From sequence record PQ287320.1: a DNA stretch of 64,000 nucleotides, one strand, 5' to 3'. Positions 27,616 through 37,459 of the stretch are shown piece after piece. The notes below the pieces were generated by a model. It was not told where the DNA came from. It searched no databases and worked only from the letters and a program-made list of their open reading frames with translations. Position 1 is the stretch's first letter; the number at the start of each line of letters is the position of its first letter. Both the position numbers and the translations under genes were made by a program.

Positions 27616-27881
27616 TGCGCCGGCTCCAGGGCGTGGATGATTTCGTCGCGGAAGGAGGCGGCGAGGCCCAGGAAACGGCCGTCGCGCTCGCGATCCTCGT
27701 AGACCGGGATCAGATCACCGGCGCGGGTGAAGAAGTCGACGAGCTTGTCCTGCCACTCCCGCACGCTCATGTAGGGCTGGTGGAGGCACGTCTCGCGGAT
27801 GCCCCACTTGACCCCGTTGTCGTAGAGGGTGAAGCGGCGACCGCCGTGGTCGCGCTCGATCCAGACGTCGGGTCGTTTCAT
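27612..27881 (-). CDS. hypothetical protein
   Basis: 89-aa ORF. Confidence 0.65.
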   Translation of the reverse strand: MKRPDVWIERDHGGRRFTLYDNGVKWGIRETCLHQPYMSVREWQDKLVDFFTRAGDLIPVYEDRERDGRFLGLAASFRDEIIHALEPAQ

Positions 27882-28129
27882 CGGCGGGTCCTCCGGCTAT
27901 TGATGGTCTCGACCACGCCGTACATGAGCGCCCAGGACAGGGCGCCTACGCAGAGGCCGATTTCCAGGCCCTGGAGGCTGCTGTCATGGAACATCTGGGA
28001 CAGCGGCAGGTCCGGGCGGTTCTGGGCGTAATAGGCCTCCAGGCGGGCTTCGGCGACGATGTTGGTCACGAAGCCCAGCACGAAGGCGGCGCTGGTCGCC
28101 AGCAGACGGCAGGCGGTGAGGGTTCTCAA
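27878..28129 (-). CDS. small membrane protein
   Basis: two hydrophobic segments. Confidence 0.6.
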   Translation of the reverse strand: MRTLTACRLLATSAAFVLGFVTNIVAEARLEAYYAQNRPDLPLSQMFHDSSLQGLEIGLCVGALSWALMYGVVETINSRRTRR

Positions 28130-29154
28130 GCCGCCACCTCCTCGACAGTTTCGTCTTCCTCGGCCGGCGCCAGGGTCGAGCCCGAGTATTCCTGGAGGTG
28201 GTCAACCGCCTTCTGGGCCAGCGACGCGGCGGTGAAGATGAAGCGCTTGTCGCCCTTCAGGACCTTCAGCCAGGAGGCGACGTAGGAGGCGTGATCCTCG
28301 CGGACCTCTGGGGTCAGGCCCAGGACGGCGCAGAGGAAGGCCGAGCCGAGTTCGGCGACCAGTTCCTCGGCGGCATAGGCCTCGTCCCCGAAGCGCTTGC
28401 CGAACTCGCGGTTCAGGCGGTTCTCGCGGCCGGTCCAGTGGACGAACTCGTGCCCAAGGGTGGCATAGTAGCTCTCCTCGTCGCGGAAGTCGTCGAACTT
28501 CGGCATCTGGATGAAGTCCAGGTGGGGCGAGAAGAAGGCCCGGTGCCCGCCGTGGCGGACGTCGGCGCCCGTGGCGGCGAAGAACTTCTCGGCCGCCGCG
28601 TTGCGCTCCAGGACGCGCTTGGCCTCCTCGGCGGGCGTCGCCGGCACCGGGGCGGCCGTCTGGTAGAAGCGATCGGGCAGGCCGTCGATCTGCTCCACGT
28701 TGAAGACCAGATACGACTTCATGAACGGGATCATGCGGTCGACGTCCTTGCCGTTGGCGTCCTGCTCGGTCTTCTTGAACTTCGAGGCGTAGACGATCAT
28801 CTCCGACTTCTCGCCCTTGCGGACCTGACCGCCAAGCTCCTTGGCTTGGTTGTAGGTCATCCAGGTCGGATTGGTGTAGCCGCGCTCCTCGGCGGCGGCC
28901 CACAGGAGGACCACGTTGATCCCGGTGTAGCGCTGGCCGTTCACCCGGCGGGGATAGATCGCCATGCCAGCCGAGGCGCCGCCGGGAGCCGACCACGGCT
29001 TGAGCCAGGGGCGCACGCCGGCGTCGAGCGCGGCGACGATCTTGTCGGTGATCTTCTGGTAGAGGTCGACCTTGACGGTCTCCGTCGAAGCCTTGCCGCT
29101 CTCCTTGGTCGAGCGCTTGGCGGGCTTCTTCTTGGCGGCGGTGGTCTTGGTCAT
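28126..29154 (-). CDS. ardC: ArdC-like antirestriction ssDNA-binding / zincin protein
   Basis: ITDKIVAAL..PWLKPW, YTGINVVLL, WMTYNQA..GGQVRKGEK, VFNVEQ, HEFVHWTG, YA.EELVAELGSAFL, YVASWL. Confidence 0.9.
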   Translation of the reverse strand: MTKTTAAKKKPAKRSTKESGKASTETVKVDLYQKITDKIVAALDAGVRPWLKPWSAPGGASAGMAIYPRRVNGQRYTGINVVLLWAAAEERGYTNPTWMTYNQAKELGGQVRKGEKSEMIVYASKFKKTEQDANGKDVDRMIPFMKSYLVFNVEQIDGLPDRFYQTAAPVPATPAEEAKRVLERNAAAEKFFAATGADVRHGGHRAFFSPHLDFIQMPKFDDFRDEESYYATLGHEFVHWTGRENRLNREFGKRFGDEAYAAEELVAELGSAFLCAVLGLTPEVREDHASYVASWLKVLKGDKRFIFTAASLAQKAVDHLQEYSGSTLAPAEEDETVEEVAA

Positions 29155-29156
29155 CA

Positions 29157-29213
29157 GGGCCTCCTCGTTGTCGTCGGAGGCCCTTGTATGTTGGCGTTAG
29201 AGTGTTGTCAACA
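29157..29213 (-). promoter_or_regulatory. promoter-leader cassette with inverted box in spacer
   Basis: TTGACA-ACACTCTAACGCCAACA-TACAAG; GGGCCTCC/GGAGGCCC stem. Confidence 0.8.
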
Positions 29214-29219
29214 GCCTTG

Positions 29220-29459
29220 TTAGGCGGAGGCGATCACGGCGCAGAAAGCCAGGACGACCAGCCCGCCGACGATCGGGCAGACGATCAGCGAGACGCAAAA
29301 CGTCAGGGCCGGGTGGTCGATGAAGTAGAAGAGATAGGGCGGCGGCATCGGCTTGTCGTAGAGATACGCCGCCCCGAAGGCGAGCGCGACGGCGCCGATC
29401 ACCCAGGCCAGGGCGTACCAGAAGGCTCCCACGAGGACGCTTTCAACGGTTTTGGTCAT
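29220..29459 (-). CDS. small membrane protein
   Basis: two TM segments. Confidence 0.65.
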   Translation of the reverse strand: MTKTVESVLVGAFWYALAWVIGAVALAFGAAYLYDKPMPPPYLFYFIDHPALTFCVSLIVCPIVGGLVVLAFCAVIASA

Positions 29460-29776
29460 CGGCGTTCGTTCTCCAGGTCCCAGATGCGATTGCGCAGCCG
29501 GCTGATCGTGTCCTCCAGGTCCCTGATCTCGCGGGCGTGCCGCTGCTCGGTCTCCTGGGCGTTGCGCTTGTAGGTCCGATCCCGCTGGTCCATCTCCGTC
29601 CGAAGCGGGTTCGGGATCACGTCATGGCCGTGGGCCATGCCGTAGTTCTCGTAGGAGCCTTCGATCCCTTCGGCGATGCTCCGGCGCTTCTCCAGCGGGA
29701 TGTCGTTCCAGAGGGCGAAGAGGCCTTCGGCGTCGAACGAGGCGTCCAGGCTTTCGAGCCAGTAGTCAGTCGCCAT
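29456..29776 (-). CDS. hypothetical protein
   Basis: 106-aa ORF with C-terminal coiled coil. Confidence 0.7.
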   Translation of the reverse strand: MATDYWLESLDASFDAEGLFALWNDIPLEKRRSIAEGIEGSYENYGMAHGHDVIPNPLRTEMDQRDRTYKRNAQETEQRHAREIRDLEDTISRLRNRIWDLENERR

Positions 29777-30148
29777 ACATCACCCCTTCCACGACCTTGA
29801 CGCAGTAGATCGGACCGTCGTCCCCATCTCGGTGTAGGGCTCCAGGTTGCCGATCTTGATCAGCATCTGGACCGTCTCGTCGCGGACCTCGGCGCCGCGC
29901 CCCGGCGGACTCCAGGTCTTGCCGTCCTCCATCAGGATGAGCCCTTCACGCCGGATCGCCAGCGACATGGCCTGGGCCGCGCGCTGGGCGGCGGCCGTGG
30001 CGCCCTCGACCAGGACCTTGAGGTCCTCGATCGGGAAGCACTCGATGAGCCGGGCGCGAACGCCCTCGCGCTCATCGGCCGGAAGGCGCATCAGGTCGTC
30101 GACCAGGATGCCGGCGTAGTCCTCGACGGTGGTGGGCGCGTCGGTCAC
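29766..30148 (-). CDS. hypothetical protein (probable deletion at 29822-29825)
   Basis: GTG start after a promoter. Confidence 0.6.
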
Positions 30149-30149
30149 A

Positions 30150-30220
30150 GAGGTCCGTCCCTTTTTGCTGTCCCGCTTCCCTACGAAGCGGCTCAGGGCC
30201 TGTCAACACTTCAGCGCCAG
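30150..30220 (-). promoter_or_regulatory. promoter-leader cassette (variant leader)
   Basis: CTGGCGCTGAAGTGTTGACA..TAGGGA..GGACAGCAAAAAGGGA. Confidence 0.65.
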
Positions 30221-30239
30221 ACCCACGACAATTTTAGGA

Positions 30240-30875
30240 TCAGATCGTGGTCTTCGTAAGCCGCGCTCCGCCCTTGATCAGTTTGACGTAGACGAGCGGC
30301 CCAACCCTCCATAGCTCGATCTCGCGACCGGACGCGCGGCCCGGCAGATGCTCCAGCAGGTGCCGGCGCTTGAAGGCGATCTGGCGTTTCTCGCGGTCGA
30401 TGACGATCGCGGCTTTCCGGACCTCGTCCTTCCCGAACCAGCGGCGCCAGTAGCCGGCGTTGTCGACATTGTCGAACACCGACTGGAAACGCTTGGTCAC
30501 GGGACGCAGCCCGGTCTCGCGCCGGCGGATGCTCAGCGGCGGGAAGGTGCAGGGCGGCCACTCGGGGAGCAGGCGCTGGCGCATAGCCCGGAAGGCCTCG
30601 GCCGGCGTCTCGTCGGCCTTGGAGTTGTTGCAGGCCACGCACGCCGCCGCGAGGTTGTCGTCGTGGTTGGAGCCGCCGGTGCTCTTGGCCTTCAGGTGCT
30701 CGATCGTCACCTCGTCGGGCTCCAGTTTCCCGCCGCCCTTGCCAAGCCGGATGCGATACTGCATCTGGCCGGTGCAGTAGGTGCAACGGCCCTCCGCCTC
30801 CAGGAAGAGACGTTGCCGGCGGTTGGGAGCCGCCGGCGGAATTGGCTCTGGGCGAATGACCTCAGAGGACAACAT
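30240..30875 (-). CDS. HNH endonuclease (McrA-like, Zn-binding)
   Basis: RCTYC, TIEHLKAKSTGGSNHDDNLAAACVACNNSK. Confidence 0.85.
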   Translation of the reverse strand: MLSSEVIRPEPIPPAAPNRRQRLFLEAEGRCTYCTGQMQYRIRLGKGGGKLEPDEVTIEHLKAKSTGGSNHDDNLAAACVACNNSKADETPAEAFRAMRQRLLPEWPPCTFPPLSIRRRETGLRPVTKRFQSVFDNVDNAGYWRRWFGKDEVRKAAIVIDREKRQIAFKRRHLLEHLPGRASGREIELWRVGPLVYVKLIKGGARLTKTTI

Positions 30876-31302
30876 AGGCGTCGTCCGCGTCCTCGGCCAC
30901 CAGATCGCTGAACCGCAGGGTCTCCAGGGCTTTGTTGAAGGCCTCTTCGGTCCCTCCGACGCGCGACCAGATCGACTTGCGCGGGACATGGACGTCGAAC
31001 AGCCAGCGCGCGTCGCCCTGGCGGACGGCCGTCGCGGCGTACTCGACCAGCACCCGGTAGGCGGCGCCGGCGACGCTCAGGCGATCGCGCGCGTCGGTCA
31101 GGCCAAGGCCCCGGAGCGCGGCATAGTAGTCGGGCAGGCCGGCGATCGACACGGCGGCGCATTGCGCCAGGGTCGTCGGGTTGGACCCCAGGGCCTTGAG
31201 GAAGGCCGAGCGACGCATGATGACCTCTTCACGGGCCTCGATCGCGATCTCGTCTTCGGTCTTCTTCTTCCCCAGCATCGTCTTGCGCAGCGGGTTGAGC
31301 AT
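30862..31302 (-). CDS. hypothetical protein
   Basis: 146-aa ORF. Confidence 0.7.
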   Translation of the reverse strand: MLNPLRKTMLGKKKTEDEIAIEAREEVIMRRSAFLKALGSNPTTLAQCAAVSIAGLPDYYAALRGLGLTDARDRLSVAGAAYRVLVEYAATAVRQGDARWLFDVHVPRKSIWSRVGGTEEAFNKALETLRFSDLVAEDADDAYVVL

Positions 31303-31313
31303 CGTGTCGTCTC

Positions 31314-31697
31314 TCAGTAAACGAGGCTCCAGGCCTCTTGGGTCTTGTGGTAGGGCGAGGCGGTGATGTAGCCGCGCCGCTCAAGGTCGGCCAGGATCGC
31401 CTTGGTCTGGGGGAGGTAGTCCTCCTCCTTGCCCTCGAACGGCTTGTCCTGGCTTTTGGAGCGCCAATAGAGGCGGTGGTTGAGCCGCAGGGTGGTCCGC
31501 TCATGCGCCCGGCGCGGATTGATCTCGCAGGCCAGGATATGGCAGACCCAGCCGGCCTGGGTGTGGCGCAACCGCTCGCCCTCGTAGTGGTAGAACCCCT
31601 CGGAGATCAGGCCCTCGCGCTCGTGCAGGAGCGACGGGAGAAACCGAACCATGCGTCCGAACGGGTCATGGAAGACCATGATCCGCGCGTCACTCAT
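31314..31697 (-). CDS. hypothetical protein
   Basis: 127-aa ORF. Confidence 0.7.
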   Translation of the reverse strand: MSDARIMVFHDPFGRMVRFLPSLLHEREGLISEGFYHYEGERLRHTQAGWVCHILACEINPRRAHERTTLRLNHRLYWRSKSQDKPFEGKEEDYLPQTKAILADLERRGYITASPYHKTQEAWSLVY

Positions 31698-32055
31698 CGG
31701 CTTGATACCCCAGGAAGGGTCGCAGGAAACCGATCAGGTCTTCCTCGATCCGGATCGCCTTGAGTTCCGAGCAGCGGGCGTTCTCGGCGACGCCCTGCAA
31801 CCACCGCGAGCGCTCCCAGTAGGTCGGAGCGTGGTCCCACCAGCGATAGGTGTTCTGGCGAATCTTCTCGGCCTCGTCCGGGGTCGGCGCCCGGCGCTTG
31901 AAACGCCACCAGGGTCCGTCCTGGACCGTGTCCACCTCCATGATCCGGGTGATCGTGGTGGCGCGTATCTCGTCGCCCTTGGCCTGCGCTTCCACGGCCG
32001 CCTGAGAGGCGGCGGCGTGCAGGACGAGGCGGTCGACTTCGGCCGAGACGCTCAC
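31690..32055 (-). CDS. hypothetical protein
   Basis: 121-aa ORF. Confidence 0.65.
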   Translation of the reverse strand: MSVSAEVDRLVLHAAASQAAVEAQAKGDEIRATTITRIMEVDTVQDGPWWRFKRRAPTPDEAEKIRQNTYRWWDHAPTYWERSRWLQGVAENARCSELKAIRIEEDLIGFLRPFLGYQADE

Positions 32056-32318
32056 AGGGGCTCTCCCACATAGACTTCCAGGAAGCGGTCGCGCGTCTGG
32101 GGGTCCTCGAACATCCAGATGGCGTCCTTCGTGCGCGGGTAGGGCTGGCGGAAGAACATCGCATCGCCCAGGGTCTCGCGCACGATCGGCGGCGTCGGGG
32201 CCGCCAGCGGGGTCCGGACCGCGTAGGGGTGGGTCTTGAGGTGGTTGATCACCGCCAGCGACATGTCGCGCTCCCGGCGCGTCAGGTCGGGCAGATCACG
32301 GGTCCAGGTGGTGGTCAT
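32052..32318 (-). CDS. hypothetical protein
   Basis: 88-aa ORF. Confidence 0.65.
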   Translation of the reverse strand: MTTTWTRDLPDLTRRERDMSLAVINHLKTHPYAVRTPLAAPTPPIVRETLGDAMFFRQPYPRTKDAIWMFEDPQTRDRFLEVYVGEPL

Positions 32319-32884
32319 TGGATTTCCTCAAAGCGGCCGTCGAAGAACTCGGCCTCGCGCCGGCCCCAGACTTGGCCGCCGCCATCGATATAGGTCAGGA
32401 GGGTCTCGCCATCCTGGACCGGGGTCTCGCACTGGATGCGGACCGTCCCGACCAGGGCGTAGTCACTCCCGCGCTTCTTGTGCCGGAACCGGCGCATCCC
32501 GCGCGGGAGGTCCGCCAGGAAGGCCTTTATGGCGTCGGCCATCTTGGCGACGCCGTGCGGAAAGTGCGAGCCTGGACCTCGGACCCACTGGTACACCGTC
32601 GCCAGGGCGAAGCGCCCGGCGGCGATCTCGCCCGTGGGGTCCTTGCGGATCAGGTCGGGAGCGTGGTCTTCCAGATAGTTGGTCGAGACCAGCGCCATGA
32701 CGTGGGCTTCCTGGACCGTCGTCGGGACCTTCAGGAAACCCTTGGGCGTGGCACCTTCGAGCGTCTTGATCGCCCCCAGCAGGACCGCCGCCTTCTCCGC
32801 ATGCCATTCCCGGCCGCCCGGCTCAGGGGCGCGTTCGGCATGGTGGAGGTGGTAGTCCAGGATTTCGTGCAGGGCTTCGCTCAT
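32315..32884 (-). CDS. hypothetical protein with DUF1653-like C-terminus
   Basis: RFRHKKRGSDY..VWGRREAEFFDGRF. Confidence 0.65.
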   Translation of the reverse strand: MSEALHEILDYHLHHAERAPEPGGREWHAEKAAVLLGAIKTLEGATPKGFLKVPTTVQEAHVMALVSTNYLEDHAPDLIRKDPTGEIAAGRFALATVYQWVRGPGSHFPHGVAKMADAIKAFLADLPRGMRRFRHKKRGSDYALVGTVRIQCETPVQDGETLLTYIDGGGQVWGRREAEFFDGRFEEIQ

Positions 32885-32887
32885 CGG

Positions 32888-32954
32888 GTCCTTCCGTTGT
32901 CGTCACCCGCGACACTAAAGCGTCGCGGGTGCGCTTGTCAACACTTCACGCCAG
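32888..32954 (-). promoter_or_regulatory. promoter-leader cassette
   Basis: CTGGCGTGAAGTGTTGACA..TTAGTG..GACGACAACGGAAGGA; CGGGT/ACCCG encloses the SD. Confidence 0.75.
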
Positions 32955-33479
32955 GGCGTAACGCGATCGATAGAAGAGGCGCCGGCCGTTGCGGAAGAGG
33001 CGCACGCGCAGGTCCTTCCCCAGCCGGCCGATGTCGAGGTGGAAGCTCAGAAGGCCTAGGCTGACATAGTGGTGGCTCTGGTTGAGGCCCACGCCGAACC
33101 GGCGATGGGCGCGATCGTCGGAGCCGCCGGCGCAGAAGCGCACGAGCCACTTCCAGCCCAGGTCGAGCTTGACATAGCCCTGCCATTCGATCGAACGCCA
33201 GACGAAGCCGCCGCCCAGCAGGGTGACGTCGATGTCGAGGTTCCAACCGCCGGCCAGCGGATCGACGCGGCGGTGGTAGCGCAGGCGGAAATAGCCGGCG
33301 TTGGCGTCGAAGTTCGGGATTAGCCGCAGAACCCGCCGGCGCAGGCGCTCCAGGAGGTAGGCGGCCGGAAAGATCACCAGGGCGTAGATCGTCAGGAGGA
33401 AGACCAGGACCACGGCGGACCAGAGGCCCTGCCACATGAAGCCGAGCATCATTCCGAGTTGCGGAGAGTGGTTGGTCAT
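32946..33479 (-). CDS. membrane-anchored protein
   Basis: N-terminal hydrophobic region. Confidence 0.65.
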   Translation of the reverse strand: MTNHSPQLGMMLGFMWQGLWSAVVLVFLLTIYALVIFPAAYLLERLRRRVLRLIPNFDANAGYFRLRYHRRVDPLAGGWNLDIDVTLLGGGFVWRSIEWQGYVKLDLGWKWLVRFCAGGSDDRAHRRFGVGLNQSHHYVSLGLLSFHLDIGRLGKDLRVRLFRNGRRLFYRSRYALA

Positions 33480-33482
33480 GGT

Positions 33483-33905
33483 TCAAGCCCCCGTGGCGAA
33501 GTCACCGGCGCGGCCGATGATCGGGAAGAACGCGTAGGCCTCGCCCGGACGGTCCCAGGCATGATGGTCGATGACCGGCAGGTCCGGAGCGTAGCGGGCG
33601 AACCATGCCGCCTTGCGCGCCGCCCAGGCCTGCGGGTCCTCGTCATGGTCCCAGGAGAAAGTGCGATCGAGCGCCTTCGGATTGTCCTTGCCCTTGCGCA
33701 GGTACGCCACCGGCTGATTGGTCCCGATGTAGCGGATGTAGCACTCGGGGTCGGAGCCGATCTGGGAAGGCCGGCCGTTGTTGTAGTGGTCGACGAAGGC
33801 CAGATCGTTCTTCGAGAGGTCCTGGGCGATCCAGCCGCGCGGGTCCTTCACGAACGGATCGACCAGGACGGTGATTTCGCGATAGACGTCCATGCCGACG
33901 ATCAT
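33483..33905 (-). CDS. hypothetical protein
   Basis: 140-aa ORF. Confidence 0.7.
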   Translation of the reverse strand: MIVGMDVYREITVLVDPFVKDPRGWIAQDLSKNDLAFVDHYNNGRPSQIGSDPECYIRYIGTNQPVAYLRKGKDNPKALDRTFSWDHDEDPQAWAARKAAWFARYAPDLPVIDHHAWDRPGEAYAFFPIIGRAGDFATGA

Positions 33906-34129
33906 CGCCCAGGCGCCGGCGTCGGTCCGATCCTTGCCCCGTCACGCAGGGAGATCAGGTAGGCGCAGCCGTCCTGGATGGACTTGCCTTCCAGAAGGCT
34001 CGCCCAGTTCATGCAGATGTCGCCCCACTTCTTGGCGGCCAGGACGTCCCAGGCGGTGCGCCGCTTGGCGTCCCGCTCATAGTAGCGCTGGGCGGCCTCA
34101 CGCAGATGATCAGAGAAGGTCTGGGTCAT
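33902..34129 (-). CDS. hypothetical protein
   Basis: 75-aa ORF, SD GGAGG. Confidence 0.65.
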   Translation of the reverse strand: MTQTFSDHLREAAQRYYERDAKRRTAWDVLAAKKWGDICMNWASLLEGKSIQDGCAYLISLRDGARIGPTPAPGR

Positions 34130-34137
34130 ACGTCCTC

Positions 34138-35136
34138 CTAGAAAAGGGAGAAGGCGAACTTGAGTTCGGGGAGCGGGTCGATGAACGCCTCGTGCATGCG
34201 GCGAACGCCGGCCCGGATGAAGCTGGTGTCGGACCGCTTCCAGTGGCCGCGATAGTGGTTACCCCAGGTCGTCTCCAGCGGGTGACGATAGTAGCGATAC
34301 GACGTCGGGTGGACGTGGATCACCGTCGAGACAGCATGAAGCTTGCCGTCCTTCTCAACCAGGAAGACGCGGTTGTTAAAGGCCTTCCACGACCATTTGT
34401 CGGTGCGCTTGAAGCCGTAGCGGACCAGCCGCTTGGAGACAGCCTCGATCTCCTCTTCGGTGATCTTCAGCGCCGCGCTGACCCTCTGGGAGCCCGAGCC
34501 GTTCGACGAGAGACGGTCTTCCTTGCCGCCATACGCCTTGAACACCTTGTCGGCGAACATCGAGTAGGCGTAGGAGTCCTTCAGCTTCTTGACGTAGTCG
34601 GGGTCCAGGCGCATCGAGCCCTTCAGGTCGCGCGTCCGGCCGGTCATCACCTTGTGGCGGATGTAGGCCAGAAGGTAGGTGTGCATGTAGTCGGCCTTGT
34701 AGCACTCGATGACCCGCTCCAGCAGGTCGGCGGCGGCCTCGCGGTATTCCCGGTCGATGTCGTCCGGGAAATCGAAGAGATAGCCGGCGTGCGTCAGGCG
34801 CACGATGTTCTCGGGATGGGAATAGTACCCGTGGACATCGAAGCCCCGGAAGTAGGGGTCCTTGATCGTGCTGGCCAGCTTGTCGATGTTGGCGACGCGC
34901 TCGTCGTAGTCGGCGCGGATCGCGGCCTTCTCCTCGTCCGAGCGCCAGGAGGCCTCGGCGTCGCTGTAGTCCATGCTGTCGCGGTATTTGGAGGAGTCGC
35001 AGACGAGGACGCCCTTCTCCCAGCGATAGCCGTTCCCCAGGACGAAGAACATGTGGACCAGGACCTCCTCGCGGTGCGCGTAGAGGCTCGGGTAGGTGAG
35101 GAGGCAGCGCTTGACGTGCGCGGTGAGCTTCGACAT
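34138..35136 (-). CDS. hypothetical protein
   Basis: 332-aa ORF. Confidence 0.75.
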   Translation of the reverse strand: MSKLTAHVKRCLLTYPSLYAHREEVLVHMFFVLGNGYRWEKGVLVCDSSKYRDSMDYSDAEASWRSDEEKAAIRADYDERVANIDKLASTIKDPYFRGFDVHGYYSHPENIVRLTHAGYLFDFPDDIDREYREAAADLLERVIECYKADYMHTYLLAYIRHKVMTGRTRDLKGSMRLDPDYVKKLKDSYAYSMFADKVFKAYGGKEDRLSSNGSGSQRVSAALKITEEEIEAVSKRLVRYGFKRTDKWSWKAFNNRVFLVEKDGKLHAVSTVIHVHPTSYRYYRHPLETTWGNHYRGHWKRSDTSFIRAGVRRMHEAFIDPLPELKFAFSLF

Positions 35137-35426
35137 CAGGCGCGACCCTCGCGCTTATAGACGCCGTTCTCGTCGTAGCAGGCGGGGTCGGCGCCGGGGG
35201 CGTGGAAGCCGGCGACGGAGCCGAGCGTCATGGCGGCGACCTGCGCCTTGGTGACGCCCAGGCGCTCGTTCAGGCGGTCGACGACTTCCTGGCCTTGGAC
35301 GCCGTAGCCGGTCGGATAGTAGCCGGTCTCGTCCTTCTTCAGGACGATCGTTTCGCCCGTCTCCAGGCTCACGGCGTAGCAGAGGTCGGGCAGGGCGGCG
35401 AGATTGATCTGGCGTTGGGTCAGCAC
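35136..35426 (-). CDS. hypothetical protein
   Basis: GTG start after AAGGAGG. Confidence 0.7.
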   Translation of the reverse strand: MLTQRQINLAALPDLCYAVSLETGETIVLKKDETGYYPTGYGVQGQEVVDRLNERLGVTKAQVAAMTLGSVAGFHAPGADPACYDENGVYKREGRA

Positions 35427-35430
35427 GGGG

Positions 35431-35498
35431 GCCTCCTTCGTTGTCGTCGAGGAGGCTTCTAGTCGACCCACGTCACGCTGTCAACACTCGACAGCCAA
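35431..35498 (-). promoter_or_regulatory. promoter-leader cassette
   Basis: TTGGCTGTCGAGTGTTGACA-N17-TAGAAG-CCTCCT-CGACGACAACG-AAGGAGG. Confidence 0.85.
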
Positions 35499-35801
35499 GT
35501 AGACGTTTCGGCGCGGCTCGTAGGGGAGATCGTTGGCGATCGCCATGAGCCAGCCGGCGTGGCAGCGCTTTGGGGCGCAGTGGCAGACGAGGTTGAAGCC
35601 CTTGAAGTTGGCCTTGACCCAGGCGACGAACGCCTCGTCCTGGGACTTCAGGGCGATGTACTTGTCGATCACCGTGTCGCGGTCGCCGTCCACCCCGATC
35701 CGAAACTCGTTGCCGGCCGGGGTGCCCCGGCCGACATACTTGGACCTCGGCGGGAGATGTCCGGGAAACTCGCTCCGGCTCAGGACCCGCAGTTCGATCA
35801 T
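35481..35801 (-). CDS. DUF4326 family protein
   Basis: YVGRGTPAGNEF..GDRDTVIDKY..NLVCHCAPKRCHA. Confidence 0.8.
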   Translation of the reverse strand: MIELRVLSRSEFPGHLPPRSKYVGRGTPAGNEFRIGVDGDRDTVIDKYIALKSQDEAFVAWVKANFKGFNLVCHCAPKRCHAGWLMAIANDLPYEPRRNVYLAVEC

Positions 35802-36435
35802 GCCGCCCGGCTCTCCACATAGTCGGCGAGGATCGCCAGGGTGTCCTCGACCGAGGTGTGGAGGATCGAGAAGCCGCCGGCCCGGTTCCAGGCCACGCAG
35901 TTGGCGATGCGGTCGTCGATCAGGATTTGATGGTCGGAGTGCTTGCGGTGCATGAACTCCTGCTTCTTGGCCGAGGTCGTGCAGATGAAGCGGTGGTCCT
36001 CGATCCGGATGCGGTCCGGGACCATGCCCGCGACAGCCTCGTCTCCGGAGAACATCCTGGCGAACGCCTGGGGAAGCAGCGTCTCCTCGATCCAGCGCCG
36101 CTTGGCATAGGCCGCGCCCAGCCAGTAGGGTGGATCAGGAAGTCCTCGTCGGTCGCGCCGAACTTGGGCGAGGCGGTCAGGATGATCGGATCAGCCTCGA
36201 AGACCGCCGTGTAGAGGTCCACGGCGCCGGGCATGAACGGTAGGGTCTCGAAGAAGTCCGTGCCCTCGATCTTGCGGTACATCCCCTGCTTCCAGAGGTT
36301 GGCCTCGTCGTCCATCGCGTGGCTCGACTTGTTGTATTCGGGGTCGGGCTCGAAGCCCAGGCGTTTGATCCCGGCGTCGAAGTCGGCCAGGACCCCGTCC
36401 ATGTCGAGGTAGATCGCGAAGTTCTTCAGGTTCAT
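35798..36435 (-). CDS. HAD-family 5'(3')-deoxyribonucleotidase-like protein (apparent deletion at ~36129)
   Basis: IYLDMDGVLADF, ILTAS, KRRWI, ILIDDRIANC.AW..AGG..ILH. Confidence 0.8.
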
Positions 36436-36444
36436 GGGCTCTCC

Positions 36445-36785
36445 TTACTGTCCGATGCGGACGTCGCACTCGGCCAGGGCTTGCTCCCGGCGCTCGCACA
36501 TCCCGATGAGGTCCTCGATGCAGTCGACCAACGTTCCGACGCCGTCGTAGAGGTCGATTTCCTGGTCCTCGGTGAGGGTCTCGCCGCGCTCGGTCAGGTT
36601 GGCGATCTCGCGGTACTTCGCCAGCTTGCCGCCCGGCGCCAGCAGGGCCTTGAACGCGGCGAGGTTCGGGCTCGGGACCTCGATCGGCGCGACGATGCGT
36701 CCAGAGAAGCGCGGCATCGCCTTCTGCATCATCTCGTCCCGCAGGTCGCCGGCCGGCCCCGCAGGGTCATGTTCACGACTTCCAT
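36445..36785 (-). CDS. hypothetical protein (apparent deletion at 36757-36760)
   Basis: MEVVNMTLRG joins the 36445-36732 frame. Confidence 0.6.
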
Positions 36786-36787
36786 CT

Positions 36788-36985
36788 CTACTCCGGAAAT
36801 TGAGCGTGCAGCCCCATGGCGATGCGCGCGAGGTCGTAGTTGGTCTTGGCCTCCAACTCGCAGGTCGGCGTGCGCTCGATCTTGAGTTGGTCGCTCATCA
36901 TGTGGATGGCGTGAATGATGTCGCTCTTGCGCTTCTTCTCGTAGTAGCGGTGCGACACGGTGGTCTTGATTTCGACGATCGCCAT
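36788..36985 (-). CDS. hypothetical protein
   Basis: 65-aa ORF. Confidence 0.65.
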   Translation of the reverse strand: MAIVEIKTTVSHRYYEKKRKSDIIHAIHMMSDQLKIERTPTCELEAKTNYDLARIAMGLHAQFPE

Positions 36986-36988
36986 CAG

Positions 36989-37459
36989 TTAGGGCCTCGA
37001 CTTGATCAGCTTCTTCTTGCGCCGACGCAGCGGCGGGTGAATCCAGTCGATGGAGCCGTGATCCGTGTACACGGGTTGAGGCGGCGCGTCCGGAAGGTCG
37101 GTCGGGCGCGTGAGCGAGAAGGCGTCCTTGTCCAGGTCATAGATCGACACCCGCTCGCTGTAGCCGTAGCGCTGGTCCACGAAGCTGATCCCGACGTCGC
37201 CCAGGCTGGAGACCATCACCACCCGGCAGGCCTTGCCCTTGTAGCGGCCGTAGAGGGTCGGCATGAAGCCGGCCTCCTCGATCGCCAGGGTCTCGGTGGC
37301 GTTGCCGGCGTTGATCGCCAGGAAGCCCCGCACGATGGCCGGCAGGTCGCGGTCGAAGATCGCGTGCTCGTTCGATTTCAGGTACGGGGCGGTGATCAGG
37401 CCGCTCATCAGGGCGGTGACGATCTCGGCGTCTTGCGCCTGGGCGGTGTCAGCGTCCAT
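36989..37459 (-). CDS. hypothetical protein
   Basis: MDADTAQAQ start. Confidence 0.65.
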   Translation of the reverse strand: MDADTAQAQDAEIVTALMSGLITAPYLKSNEHAIFDRDLPAIVRGFLAINAGNATETLAIEEAGFMPTLYGRYKGKACRVVMVSSLGDVGISFVDQRYGYSERVSIYDLDKDAFSLTRPTDLPDAPPQPVYTDHGSIDWIHPPLRRRKKKLIKSRP

